Part shown: positions 6,213-13,506 of the stretch, piece after piece | Layout: each line of letters opens with the position of its first letter | Position numbering within the stretch: position 1 is the first letter of the stretch | Virus record (IMG/VR): IMGVR_UViG_3300045988_020874 | Location: 1-36,631 of that record | From: a virus | Reading direction: 5' to 3' (one strand) | DNA: 36,631 nucleotides | Translations under genes and position numbers: made by a program | The notes under the pieces: model-generated | What the model was told of the DNA's origin: nothing | Seen by the model: the letters and a program-made list of their open reading frames with translations, nothing else | The model's database searches: none

Positions 6213-6851
6213 ATGAGCAAAGAAAAAACTAAAGTTTGCAAGCATTGTAAAGAAGAAATTGACGCAAAAGCTAAAGTGTGTCCTCATTGTCGAAAGAAAC
6301 AGGGCGGCAAGTTGAAATGGGTAGTTATCATTATCATTGTTCTGGCTGTTTTAGGCATGGCAATGGGCGGTGGTGACGACGACAGTTCTTCCACTGATTC
6401 TCAGACAAAGAGTGCTGCAACAACAGCGGCTAAGAAAGAAACTGCTAAAAAGGAAGAAACAAAAGAGAAAGACAGCGTAAAGGTTGGTGAATCTTTTGAG
6501 AATGACGGTTTAAAAGTAACTGCTAAAAAGGCTGAATTTGGATATGATGCCGGAGAGTACTTTACTCCAAAAGATGGATGTGAATATGTAGCTGTAGACT
6601 TTACTTGTGAGAATATTGCAGAAAAAGGTGACAAATATGTATCTGTATCTGATTGCGAATGCTATGCGGACAATTCAGCTTGCGAACAGCAATACATAGG
6701 AAACAGTGATTTTGTTAACACTAATTTATCTCCGGGAAAGAATGTAAGCTTTACAGCATACTACGAAGTGCCAAAAGATGCAAAGAAAGTGATTTTAGAA
6801 TATAGTGCTTCGTTCTGGACAGACAAGAAGATAACTATTAATTTAAAATAA
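6213..6851 (+). CDS. Zinc-ribbon / single-TM / DUF4352-like extracellular domain protein
   Basis: 212 aa. It has CKHC...CPHC at the N-terminus, a TM segment (WVVIIIIVLAVLGMAMG), an S/T/K-rich linker, and a beta-rich C-terminal domain of the type found in DUF4352 proteins. Confidence 0.6.
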   Translation: MSKEKTKVCKHCKEEIDAKAKVCPHCRKKQGGKLKWVVIIIIVLAVLGMAMGGGDDDSSSTDSQTKSAATTAAKKETAKKEETKEKDSVKVGESFENDGLKVTAKKAEFGYDAGEYFTPKDGCEYVAVDFTCENIAEKGDKYVSVSDCECYADNSACEQQYIGNSDFVNTNLSPGKNVSFTAYYEVPKDAKKVILEYSASFWTDKKITINLK

Positions 6852-6876
6852 TTAGTCCACTAATAGGACAACCAAC

Positions 6877-6915
6877 AAGAGGGAGGAATCAGTTCTTCCC
6901 TCTTTTCTTTTTTTC
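6877..6915 (+). terminator. Rho-independent terminator
   Basis: A 12-bp stem aagagggaggaa / ttcttccctctt (one G-U pair) followed by ttcttttttt. Confidence 0.8.
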
Positions 6916-6920
6916 TCAAA

Positions 6921-6953
6921 ACAATAAAAAGCACCTGTCGAAACAAGTGCTTT
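6921..6953 (-). terminator. Rho-independent terminator for the 8119-to-7048 operon
   Basis: Minus strand reads AAAGCACTTGT-TTCG-ACAGGTGCTTT followed by TTATTGTTTT. Confidence 0.65.
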
Positions 6954-7047
6954 ATCTTTCCAAAATGGAACTATTAATATTTTTGGTTTTCAAAACTAAG
7001 CTAACATTCACATCCCAAAATGTAACTATTAAAACCATGTCTATATA

Positions 7048-7293
7048 TTACTTCTTTTCTCCGTATTTGTCAATGAGTTCTTTTGCCTTATCTATATTTT
7101 CTTGTATGGTATTGTATTCAGAATACCGATGTCCCCCAAATGCATAATAAGTATGGTAATAATATCCAATACTAATGTATCCGTTTGGCATTTTTATCCT
7201 GAACTCATTATTTGACTTAAAAACCATGTCTTTAGGCAAAGTGGCTAAGAATCTGTCTAATTTTCTTCTTTTATTAAATTTTAATTCTTGCAT
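7048..7293 (-). CDS. Hypothetical protein (81 aa), third gene of the unknown operon
   Basis: ORF with RBS GAGGAGAG. Has a Tyr-rich core (GYISIGYYYHTYYAFGGHRYSEY). No family recognised. Confidence 0.6.
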   Translation of the reverse strand: MQELKFNKRRKLDRFLATLPKDMVFKSNNEFRIKMPNGYISIGYYYHTYYAFGGHRYSEYNTIQENIDKAKELIDKYGEKK

Positions 7294-7336
7294 ATTACTC
7301 TCCTCTGCCCTCGTAGCCTCCGGGGCGGGAATTTAA

Positions 7337-7612
7337 TTACTGAACCTCTATATTAACGATATTAACAAGTGTGCAATCTGCACTTTCTTCCTCCGGATTG
7401 TACTCGCTTTCAATTTCGAAAGAAATTGCAAAATGGTCGTCAGAATCAGGAACTTTATAAAAGATATTTTTATCCTTTAAAACATCATCCCACGCGCCCT
7501 CATCGTTTATCCAGTCCAGTTCAGAAGGGCACCCAAGCCTTGTCATGATTTCGTCTAATTCATAAAGTGATACTGTGTTCCCTGTTAATTCTCTTCTTAA
7601 AATTTCCAACAT
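7337..7612 (-). CDS. Hypothetical strongly acidic protein (91 aa)
   Basis: ORF with RBS GAGGA. By my count 23 D/E versus 6 K/R. No family recognised. Confidence 0.6.
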   Translation of the reverse strand: MLEILRRELTGNTVSLYELDEIMTRLGCPSELDWINDEGAWDDVLKDKNIFYKVPDSDDHFAISFEIESEYNPEEESADCTLVNIVNIEVQ

Positions 7613-7669
7613 AATAATTTTTCCTCGTCTTTCTTTCTCCGGCGGATTCCGCCGCCGGTCGTGTATTTA

Positions 7670-8119
7670 TTATAAAGATTCTATTTTGTCAGCAACTGTC
7701 CAGAGGATTTTTTTAATTAAACTTCCTCCTGGATTCTTACAAAACCAGTCTTCTTTTTTACAGTCGTAATACAATTTAGCTCCAAATCCCCAGTCAACAA
7801 GGTTTAATGCTTGACGCTGTGCAAAGCTTTTATATTCATCTGTGCAGATGCCATTAATGATTCTTCCACGTCCCATTGCTGCTGGCGTATTAGTTTCTTC
7901 GACTTCCAAATATTTCTGAAAGTCATTAATATAGATACGTTTCATATCGCCCTTCTCCCACACCTTATAGCCAAGGCGGATAAGCTTTTCCTCCATTGTT
8001 TCTCCCATGTTCTTTGCTTCCTTCCATGCTAATTTCAATCCTTCGGAGATGCAAAGACCTGCCTTTTTAACTAACTCCCATGCTCTTTTCATAATGTTTG
8101 ATAAATTGTATTTTTTCAT
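7670..8119 (-). CDS. Hypothetical protein (149 aa), first gene of the unknown operon
   Basis: ORF directly downstream of the strong promoter in repeat arm 1. The N-terminal MKRAWELVKKAGL...LKLAWKEAK motif is seen in many mobile-element proteins of unknown function. Confidence 0.65.
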   Translation of the reverse strand: MKKYNLSNIMKRAWELVKKAGLCISEGLKLAWKEAKNMGETMEEKLIRLGYKVWEKGDMKRIYINDFQKYLEVEETNTPAAMGRGRIINGICTDEYKSFAQRQALNLVDWGFGAKLYYDCKKEDWFCKNPGGSLIKKILWTVADKIESL

Positions 8120-8127
8120 TTCTTTGT

Positions 8128-8204
8128 ATCTCCTCTCTTGATTTACTCACATTATACACGATAGTGACTATTATGTCAAGAGAAAAATACACGAAAATAT
8201 ATTA
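8128..8204. repeat. Inverted-repeat arm 1, carrying a minus-strand promoter, 5' UTR and RBS
   Basis: 77 nt with 6 mismatches to the reverse complement of 8515-8591. The minus strand has TTGACA (8179-8174), a 17-nt spacer, TATAAT (8156-8151), then GAGAGGAGA and the ATG at 8119. Confidence 0.85.
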
Positions 8205-8212
8205 TTTTTTTC

Positions 8213-8241
8213 TTGATATTTATTTCAAAATAATGTACTAT
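8213..8241 (+). promoter_or_regulatory. Promoter for the small HTH gene
   Basis: TTGATA (8213-8218), a 17-nt spacer, then TACTAT (8236-8241). RBS AAAGGAGG follows ahead of the ATG at 8272. Confidence 0.5.
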
Positions 8242-8271
8242 ATATTTATAACGATTAAAGGAGGTTTCAAA

Positions 8272-8517
8272 ATGGAAACACGAGCAAGAAAAAGAAGTAA
8301 CATATATAAAGGTAGTATCTCATATAGTAATTTATGGGACACGCTAGAACGCAGAGGGTTAAAGCGTTCCAACCTATTAGATAAGGAAAGTTTTAATCTT
8401 TCCCCGGCGCTGGTCAATAAGTTGCGGCACGACAGAAACGTGAACATAGATACAATTATGTATTTGTGCGAGAAATTGGACTGTCAGGTGTGCGACATCG
8501 TAGAATATAAAAAATAA
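8272..8517 (+). CDS. Small XRE-type HTH protein (81 aa)
   Basis: The ATG at 8272 has a strong RBS; the track ORF begins earlier. The pattern LWDTLERRGLKRSNLLDKESFNLSPALVNKLRHDRNVNIDTIMYLCEKLDCQVCDIVEY is typical of short HTH_XRE proteins. Confidence 0.7.
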   Translation: METRARKRSNIYKGSISYSNLWDTLERRGLKRSNLLDKESFNLSPALVNKLRHDRNVNIDTIMYLCEKLDCQVCDIVEYKK

Positions 8518-8591
8518 TATATTTTCGTGTATTTTTTTCTTGACATAATAGTCATTATCATGTACAATATGATTAAATCAAGAGAGGAGAT
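8515..8591. repeat. Inverted-repeat arm 2, carrying a plus-strand promoter, 5' UTR and RBS
   Basis: Reverse complement of arm 1 with 6 mismatches in 77 nt. Has TTGACA (8540-8545), a 17-nt spacer, TACAAT (8563-8568), then the RBS and the ATG at 8611. Confidence 0.85.
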
Positions 8592-8610
8592 ATAGAGAGG
8601 TGAAAAAATT

Positions 8611-9279
8611 ATGAGTTTTTCAGATAGATTAAGACAAGCGCGAAAAAGGCAGGGGTTAACACAAGAAGAGCTTGGTAAAAAAAGCGGACTTTCGACATAT
8701 ACCATTCAACGCTATGAATACGGGAAATTAAATCCGAAGAAAGATACAGTAGCCAAACTTGCTGCCGCTTTAAATCTTGGATATAATTACACAAAAAGCG
8801 GCGAGCCATACTTTTACACTTTCGCTGATACCGTACCAAGTCGAGAATATGAAGGTGTCGAAGATTTTAACCAAGAACAGTGCCGAAATGCAATAGAAAA
8901 AGCATTAGAAGATGTAACTTTGTCAATGATAGGAGAAAAAATCAAAACTGTGCGCCTACAAAAGGGAGTTTCGCAGGCGGCACTTGCTAAATGTCTAGGT
9001 GTTTCAGCTGCCATGATTTACCAGTACGAAGTCGGAAAAAAGAAGCCAAAGGTAGAGACCTTATCAAAAATCGCAGGCGCTCTAGGTGTCGATTTAAAAG
9101 TTTTTTATGACGATTTGCCACAAAAAACTATGGAATTAAAAAGATACGAAAACATAGCATTGGTTAACGAATTTGAAAATGCTTGTTTTCGCTTGGTTAA
9201 CTTTCCGGACAGTGAAGAAATAACTGAGAAATACGAAAAGCTTAGAAAAAAGCTAATAGACAGGCTTAGTTGTATGTAG
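8611..9279 (+). CDS. Tandem double-HTH XRE-family regulator
   Basis: 222 aa with two HTH_XRE units (LRQARKRQGLTQEELGKKSGLSTYTIQRYEYG and IKTVRLQKGVSQAALAKCLGVSAAMIYQYEVG). Lies immediately upstream of int. Confidence 0.8.
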   Translation: MSFSDRLRQARKRQGLTQEELGKKSGLSTYTIQRYEYGKLNPKKDTVAKLAAALNLGYNYTKSGEPYFYTFADTVPSREYEGVEDFNQEQCRNAIEKALEDVTLSMIGEKIKTVRLQKGVSQAALAKCLGVSAAMIYQYEVGKKKPKVETLSKIAGALGVDLKVFYDDLPQKTMELKRYENIALVNEFENACFRLVNFPDSEEITEKYEKLRKKLIDRLSCM

Positions 9280-9324
9280 ATAGCAGCACCCGCCCCGGAG
9301 GTACGAAGGCAGGAAGGGAAATAA

Positions 9325-10662
9325 ATGAAAAGAGCCGCTTTATACGTGCGAGTAAGTACGCAAGAGCAGAAGAACAGTGGATTGTCCGTTGATTCGCAGA
9401 TAGATGCGCTTGAAAAATATTGTGAGGAACAGGGTTATACGGTTGCTGGCATTTATAACGATGCCGGCATATCTGCACGTAAAAAATATACAAAACGCCC
9501 CGCCCTCTTACAGTTGCTTGAGGATTGCAGGCAATGTAAGATTGACATAATACTCTTCACGCGCCTTGACAGGTGGTTTAGAGCCGTTGCAGGGTACTAC
9601 GAGGTACAAAATGTCCTTGACGCGTGTAAAGTGCCTTGGAGGGCTATCTGGGAGGATTATGAGACGGAGACAAGCCAGGGAATATTTAAAGTAAATATTA
9701 TGCTGTCCGTAGCGCAGGCGGAGGCAGACAGGGACAGCGAGAAAATACGGTCTGTTATGGAATTTAAACGGAACAACAAGGAATATATTGGTGGAAAAGT
9801 GCCGGTAGGTTATCGCATAGAAGGAAAAAAGATTGTAAAAGACGAAAAGACGCGAGGAATAATTGAGGATATGTTTGAGCATTACTTTCAGACCTTCTCA
9901 AAAGCAGGAACCGCCGACTATATTTTGAGTAAATACCCTGATTTTGTAAGAACCAGAACAAGGTTGGTTAAGATTATGTCCAGCCCGGCTTATCGCGGCG
10001 AAATGTATGGAGTAAAAAACTACTGTGAGCCGTACATCACAGAGGAACAAGCGCAAAAAATCAACGAAGTATCCAGCCAAAAAACTTGGACGGATTGCAG
10101 GAGGCGTATTTATATTTTTTCTGGCCTGATGAAATGCCCACTTTGCGGTTGCAGGCTTTCCGGGTGTGCAATAGGCAAAAAAGGAAAAAAGTACAAAGTA
10201 TATCACTGCCCCCACTCTGTCGCACAAAAGCACAAGACCTACACGAGATCAGAAAAAAAATTAGAAACATATATGCTCGACCACATCGAAGAAAAAATAC
10301 AGTTAGATGTATTAAAGGCAGAAGGTCGTGTGAAGGCAGGCGGAAACGATGCGGAAAAGAGAAAGAAAAAATTATCCAGTGAGTTGGGAAGAATTAATAA
10401 AATGTTTGAAAAAGGCAGAATAACAGAAGAATACTATGACGAAAGATACGAGGCTATATCGAAGGAACTAAAAGAACTATCCCAGACCGCCGCAACGGAA
10501 GAACTAGAAACTAAGAAAAAAATACAAAGTAAATTTCCTGACGGTTGGAAAGATATGTATATGCAGTTAGACGAACAAGGCAAGCAGGTGTTTTGGAAAA
10601 GCATTGTAAAAGAAATAAAAATATCCCCCGACACTTACGTGGAGGATATTATATTTTTTTAG
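9325..10662 (+). CDS. int: Large serine recombinase (phage integrase)
   Basis: 445 aa. The N-terminal resolvase-type catalytic motif is ALYVRVSTQEQ. A recombinase domain follows, then a Cys-rich zinc ribbon (CPLCGCRLSGC...YHCPH) and a C-terminal coiled coil. Confidence 0.85.
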   Translation: MKRAALYVRVSTQEQKNSGLSVDSQIDALEKYCEEQGYTVAGIYNDAGISARKKYTKRPALLQLLEDCRQCKIDIILFTRLDRWFRAVAGYYEVQNVLDACKVPWRAIWEDYETETSQGIFKVNIMLSVAQAEADRDSEKIRSVMEFKRNNKEYIGGKVPVGYRIEGKKIVKDEKTRGIIEDMFEHYFQTFSKAGTADYILSKYPDFVRTRTRLVKIMSSPAYRGEMYGVKNYCEPYITEEQAQKINEVSSQKTWTDCRRRIYIFSGLMKCPLCGCRLSGCAIGKKGKKYKVYHCPHSVAQKHKTYTRSEKKLETYMLDHIEEKIQLDVLKAEGRVKAGGNDAEKRKKKLSSELGRINKMFEKGRITEEYYDERYEAISKELKELSQTAATEELETKKKIQSKFPDGWKDMYMQLDEQGKQVFWKSIVKEIKISPDTYVEDIIFF

Positions 10663-10674
10663 TTTTTGTTATAC

Positions 10675-10712
10675 AGTAACTAGCCGTAACCACCAGATTA
10701 AAGCTAGTTACT
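10675..10712. other. Candidate attP core (10-bp perfect inverted repeat with an 18-bp spacer)
   Basis: AGTAACTAGC (10675-10684) and GCTAGTTACT (10703-10712). It sits in the int-to-cargo intergenic region, where attP is expected. Confidence 0.4.
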
Positions 10713-10763
10713 ACATAACTAAATATTAAAAATAAAGGAGATACAGTTACATTATACAAGAAG

Positions 10764-10797
10764 AAAGAGGACGTTTCAAGCGCCCTCTTTTATTTTT
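10764..10797 (+). terminator. Rho-independent terminator after int
   Basis: Stem aaagaggacg / cgccctcttt with one mismatch, loop tttcaag, then ttttattttt. It overlaps the 3' end of the convergent gene. Confidence 0.6.
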
Positions 10798-11093
10798 CGC
10801 AAAACTGACCGATATTCACGCGGGTACATTGCTTCGATGGCTTTCATGTGTTCGTCAAGCACGCGTAATAAGTGCTCAAAGTCTGCGTTTCGGGCGATTT
10901 CTTTAAATTCAGAATCTGGCTCGGAACTGTAAGAGTAGTATGATGTGTTTGGAGATAGTTGGTTCGGTTGTTGATTGCTCATTAAATTGTTGCGTACATT
11001 GTATAAAATCGAAAGCCGTTCGCAAGTGGCGTAGGTTGTTTTTCCTGCCTCTAATGCCGCAATTTCGGCATTAATTTCGCTCATATTAATCAT
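10776..11093 (-). CDS. Hypothetical cargo protein (105 aa)
   Basis: Last ORF before attP. Has a Q/N/S/Y-rich middle (NQQPNQLSPNTSYYSYSSEPD). Confidence 0.55.
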   Translation of the reverse strand: MINMSEINAEIAALEAGKTTYATCERLSILYNVRNNLMSNQQPNQLSPNTSYYSYSSEPDSEFKEIARNADFEHLLRVLDEHMKAIEAMYPREYRSVLRKIKEGA

Positions 11094-11110
11094 TGCGGCA
11101 CCCCTTCCTT

Positions 11111-11509
11111 TTATCGGTCTAATTCTGCTAATGCTCTGCCTAGCGCTGCCTGATCTGTGCTAGACAGATTACTGTCGTGCATCATGTCTTTGATAGTTTC
11201 TTTTACCTGCATTTTTGCATCGTTATAAGAGTAATGCCCCCTCACATAGTGCTGACCTCTACGAGCGTTGCTATAGTCGTCGTAATCCATGTCGGGATAA
11301 CGCCCGCGACTGTATCTTCCCGACGTGTTCCAGTCGCCACCACGGCTGTATTCGCTGTCACCTTCCAAATACATAATCTTGTCGATGTTTTTAATCGTGT
11401 CTGTCAGTTTGTGGACTGCCTCCAAATCTCCGGCGCTCATATCGCCTTTGTTTGAAATCTCGTCCAGCTCTCTGCACATCATCTTTTTTAATTTGTGTAA
11501 TGATTCCAT
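11111..11509 (-). CDS. Hypothetical cargo protein (132 aa) with an R/G/Y/D-rich core
   Basis: ORF with a helical N-terminus and a central YSRGGDWNTSGRYSRGRYPDMDYDDYSNARRGQHYVRGHYSY segment. Confidence 0.6.
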   Translation of the reverse strand: MESLHKLKKMMCRELDEISNKGDMSAGDLEAVHKLTDTIKNIDKIMYLEGDSEYSRGGDWNTSGRYSRGRYPDMDYDDYSNARRGQHYVRGHYSYNDAKMQVKETIKDMMHDSNLSSTDQAALGRALAELDR

Positions 11510-11522
11510 TTTACGCCCTCCT

Positions 11523-11945
11523 TTACGCTACTCTCTCGGCGATTAAATTGCTATTGGCTATATTAATTGCCTGCGTAGATGTATTTTCGACTGCGATTGT
11601 TATGCAACATCCGCGCGGCACGTCAATAAATGCCGCCGTAAATACATTAAAATATTCGCCTACGGCCGCAGGTGTTACGATTGCTGTCGCACTATTTAAT
11701 GGTTCTCCGGCGATTGCCAGGGCAATAGAAATAGGTGTCACAGTTCCACCGGCGGGTATGGCGATATTAGCCCCAAAGCTGACCTTATAGCGCGCCCTGC
11801 ACTGGTTTGTAAGGCCTCTAAGGGTCACAATTCCTGCCCCCTCCCGGTGTGTAATACAGCTACCGCACTTTACGGCTGTCTCTGTGAGCGGTAAATTCTG
11901 CCCCGCTGCCACGGTTACGATATTGCTATTAGTAAATTCTGCCAC
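11523..11945 (-). CDS. All-beta protein resembling TNF/C1q-like C-terminal domains of exosporium proteins (BclA/BxpB type), tentative
   Basis: 140 aa with a GTG start at 11945 and RBS AAAGGAG. Alternating hydrophobic beta pattern (YKVSFGANIAIPAGGTVTPISIALAIAGEPLNSATAIV...ITIAVENTSTQAINIANSNLIAERV). Confidence 0.4.
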   Translation of the reverse strand: MAEFTNSNIVTVAAGQNLPLTETAVKCGSCITHREGAGIVTLRGLTNQCRARYKVSFGANIAIPAGGTVTPISIALAIAGEPLNSATAIVTPAAVGEYFNVFTAAFIDVPRGCCITIAVENTSTQAINIANSNLIAERVA

Positions 11946-11960
11946 GTTATCACTCCTTTT

Positions 11961-11997
11961 TTAATAATAAACGGCGGAACGATTGCCCCGCCGCTAT
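11961..11997 (-). terminator. Hairpin / possible intra-operon terminator or attenuator
   Basis: Minus strand reads AGCGGCGG-GGCAATCGTT-CCGCCGTT followed by TATTATT. Confidence 0.4.
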
Positions 11998-12058
11998 AAG
12001 CATCATCGGCACAGGCCGAACAATCCCGTCAATGCAGGAAGCTGCTAATTATAAAATT

Positions 12059-12895
12059 TTAGCATCCGCAACCAGTATTGCATCCGCAATTACCGTACTG
12101 ATATGGTGCGGAAACCGGAAAAGCTGGCACTGGTCTAGGGTTGTAATAAGTAAACTGACCCTGCATGTATGCCTTTAAGGTCTCGTTCTGTGATGCCTGA
12201 GAAGCCGCTAACTGTGCCGCAAATAACTGCTGATTCTGCTCGGCAATCTTAGCGTCCTTAGCTTCGATTCTCTGCGCTGTGAGGGCATCGAGGATAGCTC
12301 TAGCGTTGTTGTTCTGGTTGTCAATGATGTCTCTTGTGTTGTTTGCGTTGTTAAAGTTTGTCTGGCAGAAGCCATTTGTAACTTCCTGCTGGATTGCATT
12401 GGTATTCATCGCCATGTTGTAGTTAACACCTGCAATAGCCTGTTTGTTATCACAACAACACTGTGCTAACTGTGCCTGTAAAGCATTAAAGCTCTGCATA
12501 TCTGCAATCTGTCCCTGCTGGATTGCGTTTCGTGTATCGTAGCCGTTCTGCTGGATTGTACTATTTGTTCCTGCAAATCCGTTGAGCAGAGAGGTATTCA
12601 TCGCATAAAATCCGTCACAAATACCGCTGTTGATGGCATCACCCTTTCTTTCGAGGGAGGAAATGCCGCTATCAATCTGACGCTGTAAGGTTGCGAAGTC
12701 AGAAGCTAATACATAGTTATCTACCACACCTCCGCCGCCGTTATTCCATCCATTTCCGTTTCCCCATCCGCAGAAGATGAAAAGGAAAAGAATGATAATC
12801 CACCAAGCGCCGTTACCCTCGCCAAATGCGCCGTTATTGTTGCCTGTGACTGCCGCTAAATCTGCCGGGCTCATTCCATCTGTTGTTAATCCCAT
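12059..12895 (-). CDS. G/N/Q-rich single-pass membrane protein with a Cys-rich C-terminus, function unknown
   Basis: 278 aa. Has a TM segment AWWIIILFLFIFCGW flanked by G/N runs, a Q/N-rich region with repeated N.IQQ and a CCC triplet, and ends GNCGCNTGCGC. Confidence 0.7.
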   Translation of the reverse strand: MGLTTDGMSPADLAAVTGNNNGAFGEGNGAWWIIILFLFIFCGWGNGNGWNNGGGGVVDNYVLASDFATLQRQIDSGISSLERKGDAINSGICDGFYAMNTSLLNGFAGTNSTIQQNGYDTRNAIQQGQIADMQSFNALQAQLAQCCCDNKQAIAGVNYNMAMNTNAIQQEVTNGFCQTNFNNANNTRDIIDNQNNNARAILDALTAQRIEAKDAKIAEQNQQLFAAQLAASQASQNETLKAYMQGQFTYYNPRPVPAFPVSAPYQYGNCGCNTGCGC

Positions 12896-12999
12896 GAAAT
12901 CACTCCTTTTTATTTATTTATTTAAAACCCTTTAAAAGGTTTTGAAACTGTGTTGCCATACCCTGCAACTGATTGTACTGTTGCTGGCTCATTTGCCCG

Positions 13000-13506
13000 C
13001 TATTTAGCAGGTTTTGTACTTCCTGTTTCGGGTCCCCTTGGAACTGCTGCCTGAACTGTTGAAACTGCTGTATCATCTGCATTGGATTGAGATTCATTCA
13101 ATATCCTCCTTCTTAACGTCTCCATTTGCCTTTCTAAGGCTTTTAAGCGTTCCTCGTAGTTGGTTGGTTGGTTGGATTGTGAAAGCTCCGCTGTGGGCGA
13201 ATCTGCGCCTTTGCGCTTGTATTCAAACACCTCTAAAAACGGCCTGCCTGTCTGGTCTGCTCTTTTTTCGTAAAAAACTGGCGCCTGACTGTCCCACAGG
13301 CGAACAAAAGAATTTGGTGCCACTAAATATGCCTCCGCCGCGCCCTGTCCTTGCACCCAAATCCGCTCATCAGGATTAGATTGCTGTTGCATTTGTTGAG
13401 ACGGCGCCTGCTGTTGTTTTAATCGGTTGAGCTGGTCGAGATAATCCGGTTGTGGATATTGCGGGTACTGTGGATATTGTTGTGGATATTGTGGATAACC
13501 GAACAT
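13000..13506 (-). CDS. P/Q-rich protein with N-terminal YPQ repeats, function unknown
   Basis: 168 aa. Starts MFGYPQYPQQYPQYPQYPQPDY, then has a Q-rich stretch, a conserved-looking core (ERIWVQGQGAAEAYLVAPNSFVRLWDSQAPVFYEKRADQTGRP), and a coiled C-terminus. Confidence 0.7.
   Translation of the reverse strand: MFGYPQYPQQYPQYPQYPQPDYLDQLNRLKQQQAPSQQMQQQSNPDERIWVQGQGAAEAYLVAPNSFVRLWDSQAPVFYEKRADQTGRPFLEVFEYKRKGADSPTAELSQSNQPTNYEERLKALERQMETLRRRILNESQSNADDTAVSTVQAAVPRGPETGSTKPAK

Noticed and set aside
7613-7669. The GC-rich hairpin CCGGCGG-CGGAAT-CCGCCGG between 7670..8119 and 7337..7612, considered as an internal terminator.
   Set aside because: It has a 7-bp stem with no U-tract, and the downstream genes have no promoter of their own. 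It is more likely an mRNA stability or processing element, or fortuitous.
8128-8591. An invertible DNA switch (inverton) formed by the 77-nt inverted repeats near a serine recombinase.
   Set aside because: Each arm carries its own outward-facing promoter and RBS, so inversion of the 8205-8514 segment would leave both outward units unchanged. The nearby recombinase has the large serine integrase architecture rather than that of a small invertase. The idea is kept only as something to check in read data.
12208-12399. A 63-aa minus-strand ORF nested in the 278-aa cargo gene. Similar nested ORFs occur at 27218..27424, 27736..27954, 28053..28253 and 25806..26108.
   Set aside because: These are out-of-frame overlaps within better-supported genes, with no RBS and basic low-complexity translations.
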